DNA of 64,000 nucleotides from Candidatus Omnitrophota bacterium (GTDB lineage Bacteria > Omnitrophota > Omnitrophia > Omnitrophales > Aquincolibacteriaceae): NCBI GenBank assembly GCA_023247035.1, contig JAHFHG010000003.1:15081-79080 (forward strand), written 5' to 3'. Shown piece after piece: positions 1-8,315 of the stretch. The notes below the pieces were generated by a model, which was given only the letters and a program-made list of their open reading frames with translations, did no database searches and was not told where the DNA came from. The position numbers and the translations under genes are program-made. Each line of letters starts with the position of its first letter. The first letter of the stretch is position 1.

Positions 1-47
1 AAAAGTCAAAATGAGACTCAAGTTACAAAGTGATCGTCTCCGTCCCC

Positions 48-80
48 TTGTCATTCCCGCGTCCTCCGGCGGAAAAACGG
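48..80 (+). repeat. Partial copy of dispersed GTCATTCCCG palindromic repeat (REP/RPE-like)
   Basis: TTGTCATTCCCGCGTCCTCC (48-67) is the exact reverse complement of 62245-62264; the match continues with GGCGGAAAA after a 7-nt indel. Confidence 0.75.
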
Positions 81-108
81 GTTAACCAATGAATGGAAGG
101 AAATCTTT

Positions 109-1056
109 ATGCCTACCGGATTTCTTTATGATGCGCGTTATTTGAAGCATCAGACAGGCGCCGGGCATCCCGAATGTCCCGAGCGGCTGGCGGTCACTTT
201 CGATTATTTGAAAGCGCAGCCGTGGTTTAAGGATCTAAAACATTTTTCAGCCCGCCTTGCCGATGAGAAATGGATTCGATCCGTTCATTCAAAAGAATAT
301 ATCCTTCGCGTGAAGCAAGCTTGCGAAAGGGGAAAGCGCTATTTGGATACGCCTGACGTTGGAATCTCTGCGGATTCTTTTGAATGCGCACGATTGGCTG
401 CGGGCGGGGCGCTGGAACTCGCGGATCAAATGATGAGCGGAAACACGACAAATGGATTCGCCCTCTTAAGGCCGCCCGGCCATCACGCCGGAGAAAATTC
501 CGCGATGGGATTTTGCCTTTTCAACAATATCGCGATCCTGGCGCGTTATCTCCAAAAAAAATATGGCTTGGAAAAGATCCTTATTCTGGATTGGGACGTT
601 CATCACGGAAACGGAACCCAGCACACGTTTGAGGAGGATCCGGGCGTATTTTACGTGAGCCTTCATCAATATCCTTTTTATCCCGGTACCGGCGCGGCTT
701 CCGAAACCGGAGTCGGGCGCGGCCGGGGAGCGACCTTGAATTGTCCGATGGCCGCCGGTTCGGGCGATTCCGATTATCAAAAGTCCTTTTCTGAAATTAT
801 CCTTCCCAGGACGGATTTTTTTAAGCCCGACGTGGTCCTGATCTCAGCCGGATTCGACGCGCACGAAAAAGATCCGCTCGGCGGTATTCGTCTTACCACG
901 GAATGTTTTGCCTGGATGAGCCGGCGCATGATTGAAGTCGCAAACAAGTTTTCAAAGAACCGGCTTCTGTCTCTTCTTGAAGGCGGGTACAATCTCGATG
1001 TGCTTCCCGCCTGCATTGCGGCGCACCTGCAAGTCCTAAAAAGTGTTAAAGTGTGA
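109..1056 (+). CDS. Histone deacetylase family (HDAC/AcuC/HDAH-like) Zn-dependent amidohydrolase
   Basis: Motifs HPECPERL, RPPGHHA, GFCLFNN, DWDVHHGNGTQ, SAGFDAH, LEGGY. Confidence 0.95.
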   Translation: MPTGFLYDARYLKHQTGAGHPECPERLAVTFDYLKAQPWFKDLKHFSARLADEKWIRSVHSKEYILRVKQACERGKRYLDTPDVGISADSFECARLAAGGALELADQMMSGNTTNGFALLRPPGHHAGENSAMGFCLFNNIAILARYLQKKYGLEKILILDWDVHHGNGTQHTFEEDPGVFYVSLHQYPFYPGTGAASETGVGRGRGATLNCPMAAGSGDSDYQKSFSEIILPRTDFFKPDVVLISAGFDAHEKDPLGGIRLTTECFAWMSRRMIEVANKFSKNRLLSLLEGGYNLDVLPACIAAHLQVLKSVKV

Positions 1057-1128
1057 AAAATCAAGGCGATCTTTTAGAAGCATTCTAGCCTTAAATAGAT
1101 CAAAAAATAAAAATATTAATCAGATGCT

Positions 1129-1156
1129 TTGACTCTAAAATTTTTTTCTATAGAAT
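1129..1156 (+). promoter_or_regulatory. Putative sigma70 promoter for the coiled-coil gene pair
   Basis: TTGACT-16 nt-TAGAAT in AT-rich intergenic DNA. Confidence 0.55.
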
Positions 1157-1251
1157 TACTGCTTAACTTTGAAACCCGGTCATTCAAAGTTTCTTCCACA
1201 GGGCAGCAGTGGAGGAAGAAAAAGGGATAAAGGCCGGAAGGAGCTAAACAA

Positions 1252-2061
1252 ATGTTTAAGTTAGAGAAGTCTCGCAAAGGGCGGGGAATAGGTTTGGGAA
1301 TAATTATGATCGCAGGGATTTTGAGCGCGTCAAGCGTGGTTTTGGCGCAGCAAGCAGGATTTGACCCTCAAAGGTCTCAGGCGTTGTCGGCCTACGAAAA
1401 ACAGTTGAAGGATTTTAGTCTCCAGCTTCAGCAGTCTGAAGAACCGCTGCGCACCTGGCGGTCGATGCTTGATCAGGACAAGGAAAGTGTTCTGAAATTT
1501 GATTCCGAGCTCAAACAAATGGGAACCAATCTTTTGGATGCTCACGGTTATTTAGCTCAGGCGACTCAGCAGCTTATGGATCGCGCGCGCGGGCTGGGGC
1601 ATGGCGAGTTGGCAGACGCCTGGACGAAAGAACTTAGCGGCCAAGAGCAGCAACTGGCGGAATGGCGGAAACAACGTGAAGAGTGGGAGAAATCCGTTCA
1701 GGAATGGATCCATCAAAGACAAGAGTGGAGTGCGCAGCTTGAAAAAAAGTTCCAGGATATTGATACGCTGAAAAAAGAAGTAAGCGGCGCGTTTCAGGAA
1801 ATTGAAAGGGCAAAAACACAGAATAATTGGCAGGACATTCTGAACAGCCTGACCGCCAAACTTGCGGATTTCGGCGGAAGGCTCAGCGCTATGTTCTTTG
1901 AATTACAAGGGTTCAATACGGAACTGACTCAAGGAAGCCAAAATTTGCAAGCCTCTTATGGAGCATTTTCAAAGTGGGCGGAATTCCTTGAAGGGTGGAA
2001 AAAGCTTCTGATCGATTGGGAAAGTCAGATCAGCCAGATGGAAGCCGGAAAGAAAGAATAG
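1252..2061 (+). CDS. Secreted alpha-helical coiled-coil protein with one ~230-aa Trp-heptad domain
   Basis: GGAG RBS, signal peptide ending VLA-QQ, Q/E/K-rich helices, Trp every 7 residues; paralog of the next gene. Confidence 0.85.
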   Translation: MFKLEKSRKGRGIGLGIIMIAGILSASSVVLAQQAGFDPQRSQALSAYEKQLKDFSLQLQQSEEPLRTWRSMLDQDKESVLKFDSELKQMGTNLLDAHGYLAQATQQLMDRARGLGHGELADAWTKELSGQEQQLAEWRKQREEWEKSVQEWIHQRQEWSAQLEKKFQDIDTLKKEVSGAFQEIERAKTQNNWQDILNSLTAKLADFGGRLSAMFFELQGFNTELTQGSQNLQASYGAFSKWAEFLEGWKKLLIDWESQISQMEAGKKE

Positions 2062-2151
2062 GCTTCCCTTGGAGTAAAAAATAATCCGATTTTCATTTAT
2101 CTATTCCTTTTTTAATAACAATAACAACCGCAGCGGCGAGGAGCGAACAAA

Positions 2152-4149
2152 ATGTTAATAAGAAACAGTAGAAAGTTAGGTTTGAGTTTGGGAATTATCA
2201 TCGCAGGGATTTTGAGTTTAGGGACCACAGTTTTCGCACAAGAAGAAGGAGCGCAGGAAGGCCAGCAGCAGGAAGCGCCGCCCCAGCCTGAATATCAAGA
2301 ACCCGCTCCGGAACCCACCGCTCCGGCCGAGGTTGCAGCGGCAGCAGCTCCTGCTCCCGCAGAAGCGGCTGCGGTCACAGATGCCTCAGCTCAACAAGAG
2401 TACGAAGCTCAACGCGCGCGCGCCTTGGCCGCTTATGAGCAGCAGGTTCGGGACTTTGAGGCGCAGCTTGGCCAGGCTGAACAGCAGCTTCTCGGCTGGA
2501 AAAACCAGCTTCAAAACGATAAAAATTTTCTTATCAAATTCAATGCCGAACTCCAGCAGCTCGCCGGCGGGCTTAGAGATGCTTATGGGTATTTGGTCCA
2601 GCAAACTCAGCAGCTTATTGAGCGCGCCCGGAAATTAGGAGATAACGATCTGGCTAATGCCTGGGAAAAAGGATTGGGAGATCAGAAGAGCCAATTGGAA
2701 GACTGGGATAAGCGACATCAAGCCTGGACACAGTCCGTTCAGCAATGGACCGGCGAAAGAGAGCAGTGGGGCCTGCAGCTTGATAAGAAGCTCCAGGATA
2801 TTGAGGCGTTGAAAAATGAAGTGCGCAATCTTTTCCAAGAAATTGAAAACGCCCGGACATTGAACGATTGGCAGGGAGTGTTGAACAACTTGAATGGAAA
2901 ACTCGCTGATTTCGGAGGCAGGCTCAGTCAAATTTTCGTCGAGCTTCAAGGTCTCAGCAGCGATTTGGCTCAGGGAAGTAATGAACTGCAAACCGCTTAC
3001 CAGGGTTTCGCTCAGTTGGGCCCGTTCCTTGAAGGTTGGAAGAAGCAATTGGTGGATTGGGATGCCCGGATGAATCAAAGAGAAGCCGGGGGCGGCGCGG
3101 GCGGAAGCAGGGAAAAGGAATCCGTCCAGGCTCCTCCGGGCCGGACCCAGGACAATCCGAGTTGGGAGGATTCTAAAAAACAGCTCCGGGATCTTCAGCA
3201 GATTTTGCAGAATTACAATCGATGGCTCCGTGACTGGAGCGGTGCGCTGAATCAATACCGCGCTGAGCTTCAGAAAGCGGATCAGGAACACAGAGGTCTC
3301 GGCCAGAGTCTCGCCTACGCCAGCCGTGATCTGGTGGCGCAAACAAGGCAGCTTCTTGAGCGTGCAAGGAGAATCGGCGACCGGGATTTCGCTTCGATTT
3401 TGGAAAAAGAACTTTCCTGGCGCGAGCAAGAACTCGCCCATTGGGATCAGAATCAGGAGCAGTGGAGCCGCCAAATCGCGGATGCCGGAAAGCAGCTTGA
3501 TGATTGGGCCAGGGCCCGAGATGAAAAATTTAGGGAAATGGATCAACTGACTCAGGAACTCGACGGGTTGCTCCAACAGATCGAAACAACGAAGGATGTC
3601 GAGGCCTTGGGGAAGGCCTTGCAGGATATTCACGCTAAAATGAATTATTTTACGGACAGAATTCATTCCTTCGCAGCTGAGTTTGAGTCCTTGGGGAACA
3701 ATTTTTCAAGCTGGACCACAACGCTGAACCAGTTTGCCGGCGTATTGAGCAACTGGCAGTATCATTTGGAAAACTGGAAAAAACATTTGGCGGAATGGGA
3801 GAGAGAATTGCAGCAAAGAGAAAGAGGCCAGGTGCCTTCTTCTCAGATCCGTTCGCAGTGGAGGAGCGATCTCGCGCAGTGGCAGTCTCCGCAGTTCAGC
3901 AGTCCGGCGGCAGGCAGGCTGTTTTCTTCGGCATCTTCGCAGCCCATTTCGATGAATCAAGTTAAGAGACAATTTACCTGGCAGAGCCTCATTCAGCAAT
4001 TTCTAGGCGGAAAAAGTCAATCTTCGCTGGGGACGACAGAGGCTGCTTCGACTTTCGGCGGCGCTTCTTCGGCCTCTTCGGCGGCGATGCTTCAGGCCCG
4101 CGTCAGGCAGCTTGAGCAGGAACTTCGCCAGGCGCGAGCCGGCAGTTGA
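2152..4149 (+). CDS. Secreted coiled-coil protein with two copies of the same domain, Pro/Ala linker and Ser-rich tail
   Basis: GAGGAG RBS, signal peptide ending VFA-QE; shares KLADFGGRLS and FLEGWKK with the previous gene. Confidence 0.9.
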   Translation: MLIRNSRKLGLSLGIIIAGILSLGTTVFAQEEGAQEGQQQEAPPQPEYQEPAPEPTAPAEVAAAAAPAPAEAAAVTDASAQQEYEAQRARALAAYEQQVRDFEAQLGQAEQQLLGWKNQLQNDKNFLIKFNAELQQLAGGLRDAYGYLVQQTQQLIERARKLGDNDLANAWEKGLGDQKSQLEDWDKRHQAWTQSVQQWTGEREQWGLQLDKKLQDIEALKNEVRNLFQEIENARTLNDWQGVLNNLNGKLADFGGRLSQIFVELQGLSSDLAQGSNELQTAYQGFAQLGPFLEGWKKQLVDWDARMNQREAGGGAGGSREKESVQAPPGRTQDNPSWEDSKKQLRDLQQILQNYNRWLRDWSGALNQYRAELQKADQEHRGLGQSLAYASRDLVAQTRQLLERARRIGDRDFASILEKELSWREQELAHWDQNQEQWSRQIADAGKQLDDWARARDEKFREMDQLTQELDGLLQQIETTKDVEALGKALQDIHAKMNYFTDRIHSFAAEFESLGNNFSSWTTTLNQFAGVLSNWQYHLENWKKHLAEWERELQQRERGQVPSSQIRSQWRSDLAQWQSPQFSSPAAGRLFSSASSQPISMNQVKRQFTWQSLIQQFLGGKSQSSLGTTEAASTFGGASSASSAAMLQARVRQLEQELRQARAGS

Positions 4150-4156
4150 GAGCTAG

Positions 4157-4208
4157 AAAAAAACCCGGTGAGGTCACATTTCAGTGAAACTTGCCGGGCT
4201 TTTTTTTT
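4157..4208. terminator. Bidirectional intrinsic terminator between convergent genes
   Basis: A7-CCCGG...CCGGG-C-T9 hairpin. Confidence 0.75.
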
Positions 4209-4218
4209 ATAACTCAAG

Positions 4219-7200
4219 TTATAATAAATCCAATTGCAGGTTTTTGGGGGAGGCAGCCTTTCCTTTGAAAGAACTCTTCTGTCTCTCCAGAAGTTTTTCT
4301 TCAATGTCCTTTAGAAATGGCGAGGCTTTTTGATCTCTGAAACTTCCTCTCCAAAACCGTTTGTCTGCGTGCGTAAGAAATAAGCGGTCCTTGGCGCGTG
4401 TCATTCCGACGTAAAAAACGCGTCTTTCTTCGGCAAATTCTTCCTGATCTTCAGACGCATCTGCCCATTTCAAGGGGATCAGGCCGTCTTCGCATCCGGC
4501 AATAAATACTACGGGAAACTCGAGGCCTTTGGCGGCGTGCAGCGTCATGAGAGAAACCCGGTCAGAGCGCGCATCCCAAGTGTCCATATCCTGCTCCAGA
4601 CTCATTGCAGACCAAAATAAATTCCAGTTTTCCCCGCACCGCCGGGCGATGGCCTTAAGTTTTTCGAAAATCAATTCTGCTTCGCGTGAAGAAGAAGGGT
4701 CCGGAAGCTTTGATTGGGCGAATGTTAAGCCCTCAAGCAGGCTGGTCTCGTATTCAGTTTTCTGAATTTTGCGCAAGATGCCTTGGACGTTTGAATCGTC
4801 GATGAGCGCCCGGTGGCTGCACCTCTGAAACGGCATTCCCGAACGGGACAAGGCTTCTTCCAGGACGGAAGCCTGCGCCTCGGTCCGGAAAAGAATTGCG
4901 AAATCCGAGAAAGAATAAGGTTTTTCACTTTCTCCTTCCGACCTGCCGGTATCGACTGAAAAAAAAGAAATGCCCCCGATCATTTTCTCGATCCTTTCAA
5001 CGATGAATTCCGCCTCAGCTTTGTCGGAACGCGCCTGATGAATGACCACTTTGCCGGTATCTTCCAGGAAGGCTTCGAGGGCGCGATTTTCGATCAGGCC
5101 GGCGGAGGCCATGACTTGATGGGAAGCCGAAAGGATCGATTGCCCTGAGCGGTAATTTTTGATGAGATGAATTTTTCTAGCGCCGGGAAAATCCTCTTCG
5201 AATCTTAAAAAAAGTTTCACATCGGCTCCGCGAAAACTGTAGATAGCCTGGTCCGGATCGCCGATCGCGCAAAGGTTTGGCTTTTCAGAGACCAGAAGCC
5301 GTATGAGCCGGTACTGCAATTCGTCGATATCCTGATATTCATCAATGGAAATCCAAGGGCGCTTCTTACGATAAGATGCCGCCAGATCAGGATCTTCCCC
5401 AAGCATTTTTACGGGAAGGGCCAGGAGATCGTCATAATCCAGAACGCCATTAATTTCTTTTTCCTTTTCCAGGATTTTCCGGGCGGACTGGATTTCGGGA
5501 TTGGATTCGGATTCTTTAAGCGTTCGTTTCAGGCGGGAAATTTCTTCGAGGATTTTTGAAGCCTTGCGTTCCGCGAGCCCTAAAGAGTTTTTCAGCAAGG
5601 TTTTTCTTTCCTCCTCCCCGGCAATGCGGAATCCACGCGGCAGCCCGGCCGCCTCGCGGTTTTCCTGAAGGAATTGAAATCCAAAGGCGTGAAAAGTAAC
5701 CACGGGAATTTTTGACCAGACGCGGGGGACAAGCGATTTCAACCGCTCCTGCATTTCCTGAGCCGCCCGGCGCGTAAAAGTAATGGTGAGGCACTGCTCG
5801 GGCGGGATCTTATGATTGAGGATCAGGTTGGCGACGCGGTGAGTCAGGACGCGGGTTTTGCCTGAACCCGGGCCGGCGAGGATCAACACAGGCCCGTTTA
5901 GCGTTTCAACGGCTCTTTGTTGATCGGGATCCAGCGTCAGTGAACTTTCCTCTTTACAAATTTTATCGGAGGGAAGAGAGGGAAGCGTGGAAGGGTTTCG
6001 GGCCGGACGAATTTTCTCGTCCTTGCCGGCGGATATTTTTTGAGGACGCGCCGCCGTTTCCTCTCCGGAATCAAATAAAACACGCGCGGTCGTTTTTGCT
6101 TTCAATTCCTTTTCGGTAAAAAGTTTGATCTTTCCGTATTCGCCGTCAAAACCCGCTTCGCGGATCACCTTGCCTTGCCGCATCCGCGAAATAGCCTCTG
6201 TAACGAGAGGCGAGGCGGATTTTCCGATCTCTCCAAGCGGAAGCCCGTTTAAGATTTCAAGCTCCGGCCCTAATTTAGCGAGAAGCTGTTCATGATTCTG
6301 CGCCACAGCTTGGCTCGCCGCGCCGCGGTCCAGAATCTCGGAGATGATTTCCGGCAGCGGAATGAGATTCTTGAAATCACCGGCTTGGCTGGGTTTCTCG
6401 CCTTGAAAACGGTCCGCAAGCTCTTCGACCCGGTACATCACGCCGAGCGTCAGAGGTTTTTTACATTCCGGGCAAATGCCTTGATGAGAACGGCTTTCTT
6501 CGGGCCGGAAGCGCACGCCGCATTTCCGGTGGCCGTCCAGGTGATATTTTCCTTCTTCGGGAAAAAACTCGACGGTCCCCGAAAAGCCTTTTCCGGTTTC
6601 GAGCGCCGAACGGATTGCGAAATAGCTGAGTTCCGTATCGAAAGCGCTCGCCTCGCGGCCCAGCTTTTGTGGGGAATGAGCGTCGGAATTCGAAACGAGC
6701 CGGTAGCGGTCCAGGCTGGAAACCCGCCAATTCATTTCCGGGTCCGAGGACAGCCCCGTTTCAACCGCGAAAATGTGATCCGCCAAATCTCCATAACATT
6801 CGCTGACCGTATCGAAGCCGGATTTCGATCCGAGAACGGAAAACCAGGGTGTCCAGATGTGAGCGGGAACGATGTAGCACTCCGGGCTTGCCTCCAGCAC
6901 GATTTCCAGCAGATGCCTGGAATCGAGCCCTAAAATGGGCCGGCCGTCGGAGCGGATATTTCCGATCTTGGAAAGAGACTTGTTGATCTTCTCCGCGGTT
7001 TCGATTGAAGGCGCGTAAACGAGATGATGGACCTTGCGGGTTTTGTCGCCCTTTTTGTAGATCGTTGAAATTTCCACCGAAAGCATCAAACGTGTCGCGC
7101 CCCGGCAGACCGGCGGAAGTCTCTGAAAGACTTTTTTTTCAAGATCCTCCCGCAAACGGAAGAGGCCCGGCTCGGCGGGGACAAGTTTTTCTTTGATTTC

Positions 7201-7350
7201 ACTCATCCACGCAGGGTGGGTGAAATCGCCCGTTCCGATGACGGTGATTCCTTTTTTGCGTCCCCAGTAAGCCAAATTTTCGAAATCGCAGTCCCGGCTG
7301 GTGGCGCGGGAATATTTGGAATGGATGTGGAGGTCCGCGAAGAAACGCAT
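4219..7350 (-). CDS. Endonuclease Q-family (PHP plus Zn finger) domain fused to UvrD/PcrA-type SF1 helicase
   Basis: N-term DLHIHS, GTGDFTHP, PAHIWTPW, NSDAHS, GHRKC..CPEC; helicase AGPGSGKT, TFHAF, DEYQD, GDPDQAIYSFRGA, NYRS, TLHAAKGLEF, EERRVFYVGMTRA. Confidence 0.93.
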   Translation of the reverse strand: MRFFADLHIHSKYSRATSRDCDFENLAYWGRKKGITVIGTGDFTHPAWMSEIKEKLVPAEPGLFRLREDLEKKVFQRLPPVCRGATRLMLSVEISTIYKKGDKTRKVHHLVYAPSIETAEKINKSLSKIGNIRSDGRPILGLDSRHLLEIVLEASPECYIVPAHIWTPWFSVLGSKSGFDTVSECYGDLADHIFAVETGLSSDPEMNWRVSSLDRYRLVSNSDAHSPQKLGREASAFDTELSYFAIRSALETGKGFSGTVEFFPEEGKYHLDGHRKCGVRFRPEESRSHQGICPECKKPLTLGVMYRVEELADRFQGEKPSQAGDFKNLIPLPEIISEILDRGAASQAVAQNHEQLLAKLGPELEILNGLPLGEIGKSASPLVTEAISRMRQGKVIREAGFDGEYGKIKLFTEKELKAKTTARVLFDSGEETAARPQKISAGKDEKIRPARNPSTLPSLPSDKICKEESSLTLDPDQQRAVETLNGPVLILAGPGSGKTRVLTHRVANLILNHKIPPEQCLTITFTRRAAQEMQERLKSLVPRVWSKIPVVTFHAFGFQFLQENREAAGLPRGFRIAGEEERKTLLKNSLGLAERKASKILEEISRLKRTLKESESNPEIQSARKILEKEKEINGVLDYDDLLALPVKMLGEDPDLAASYRKKRPWISIDEYQDIDELQYRLIRLLVSEKPNLCAIGDPDQAIYSFRGADVKLFLRFEEDFPGARKIHLIKNYRSGQSILSASHQVMASAGLIENRALEAFLEDTGKVVIHQARSDKAEAEFIVERIEKMIGGISFFSVDTGRSEGESEKPYSFSDFAILFRTEAQASVLEEALSRSGMPFQRCSHRALIDDSNVQGILRKIQKTEYETSLLEGLTFAQSKLPDPSSSREAELIFEKLKAIARRCGENWNLFWSAMSLEQDMDTWDARSDRVSLMTLHAAKGLEFPVVFIAGCEDGLIPLKWADASEDQEEFAEERRVFYVGMTRAKDRLFLTHADKRFWRGSFRDQKASPFLKDIEEKLLERQKSSFKGKAASPKNLQLDLL

Positions 7351-7475
7351 TTTGATTTGATAAGTTATCTTAAAATGCCGGAGTTGTGAATTAAAATATA
7401 GGCAATGACTTTAATCCGGGCAAAAAAAGTTGCTGACTCTCGAAGTTCTTTGAATAGAATAAGCATTCATTCTTT

Positions 7476-7548
7476 GCTGGCGTAGCTCAGCTGGTAGAGC
7501 GGCTGTTTTGTAAACAGCGGGTCGGGGGTTCAAATCCCTCCGCCAGCT
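7476..7548 (+). tRNA. tRNA-Thr(TGT), CCA not encoded
   Basis: Cloverleaf: acceptor GCTGGCG/CGCCAGC, anticodon arm GCTGT-TTTGTAA-ACAGC, T loop GGTTCAAATCC. Confidence 0.96.
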
Positions 7549-7563
7549 AAAAATCGTTTTTAC

Positions 7564-7649
7564 GGGGAGTTACCAAAGCGGCCAAATGGACCTGACTGTA
7601 AATCAGGTGGCTTATGCCTTCAGAGGTTCGAATCCTCTACTCCCCACCA
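7564..7649 (+). tRNA. tRNA-Tyr(GTA) with long variable arm and encoded CCA
   Basis: Acceptor GGGGAGT/ACTCCCC, anticodon arm CCTGA-CTGTAAA-TCAGG, T arm AGAGG-TTCGAAT-CCTCT. Confidence 0.96.
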
Positions 7650-7652
7650 GTT
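7630..7652 (+). repeat. attL core (tRNA-Tyr 3' end)
   Basis: GAATCCTCTACTCCCCACCAGTT. Confidence 0.9.
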
Positions 7653-7660
7653 TTTAGCCG

Positions 7661-7699
7661 CCCTCTGAAATTCCTTAATTGACGAGGGGTTTCAGAGGG
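7661..7699 (+). terminator. Hairpin after tRNA-Tyr (terminator or processing stem)
   Basis: CCCTCTGAAA...TTTCAGAGGG inverted repeat; weak U tract. Confidence 0.5.
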
Positions 7700-7704
7700 T
7701 ATAT

Positions 7705-7986
7705 ATGGATACCAATTTCATCCGGCTGTAATTGATACGCATTGCGCGAAATGCTGGCATTTATGATCTTACCGAAGTTCATGCCCTCCGGCATACCTTC
7801 GCCAGCCAGCTCTTAATGCGCGGCGTTGACCTTCCTTCCGTTCAAAAACTCATGGGGCATAGCAAAATCGAAACCACGCTGATTTATTCTCATCAAACCA
7901 CAGATCATTTGCGGGATGCTGTGGAAAAACTATCAGCAAACAGGCAATGGATTTCATACGATATCACTCAAAGGAGAAATGAATAA
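7705..7986 (+). pseudogene. Tyrosine recombinase/integrase C-terminal remnant
   Basis: HALRHTFAS and LMGHS...TLIY catalytic boxes; N-terminal ~250 aa absent; in-frame TAA at 7729-7731. Confidence 0.9.
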
Positions 7987-8315
7987 TGCTGAAAAGCGCG
8001 ACTTGGGTTTTACTGGCGTCAATACTGCTCACTATGGTCTCGTGTGACAAGCCGATTTAAAAAGTTCAAAACAACGATTGCGTATCAGAATATAGATATC
8101 AATATATACAAAACGTAAATGGTGTGTTTGATAAAAAACTCGGGATTATTTTTTACTTAAACAATCCCCCCACTGAATTTGTCGCCATTTCTCCTGTGGA
8201 CGAATATCTTTGGGGAAGAAATCCTGAAGATTTAAGAAAGTTTATCAGTTTAGATCGCGCTGAGACGTGGAAAAAAGGTATGGGTATTGAGGTGCCGGAA
8301 AAAGAAACAAAATAA
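7986..8315 (+). pseudogene. Small lipoprotein interrupted by an in-frame TAA (8058-8060)
   Basis: ATG overlaps integrase stop (TAATG); MLKSATWVLLASILLTMVSCDKPI*KVQNND... continues in frame into track ORF 8124-8315; lipobox MVS-C. Confidence 0.65.

Noticed and set aside
2635-3666. 343-aa minus-strand ORF, and other long antisense ORFs such as 6292-6933 and 15916-16614
   Set aside because: Shadows of well-supported genes on the opposite strand; no motifs or RBS.
7476-7649. Canonical thrU-tyrU-glyT-thrT-tuf operon
   Set aside because: No tRNA-Gly, second tRNA-Thr or tuf follows either att site in this window.
7729-8060. Stop-codon reassignment suggested by two in-frame TAA codons
   Set aside because: TAA terminates many intact genes inside and outside the element; pseudogenisation is simpler.
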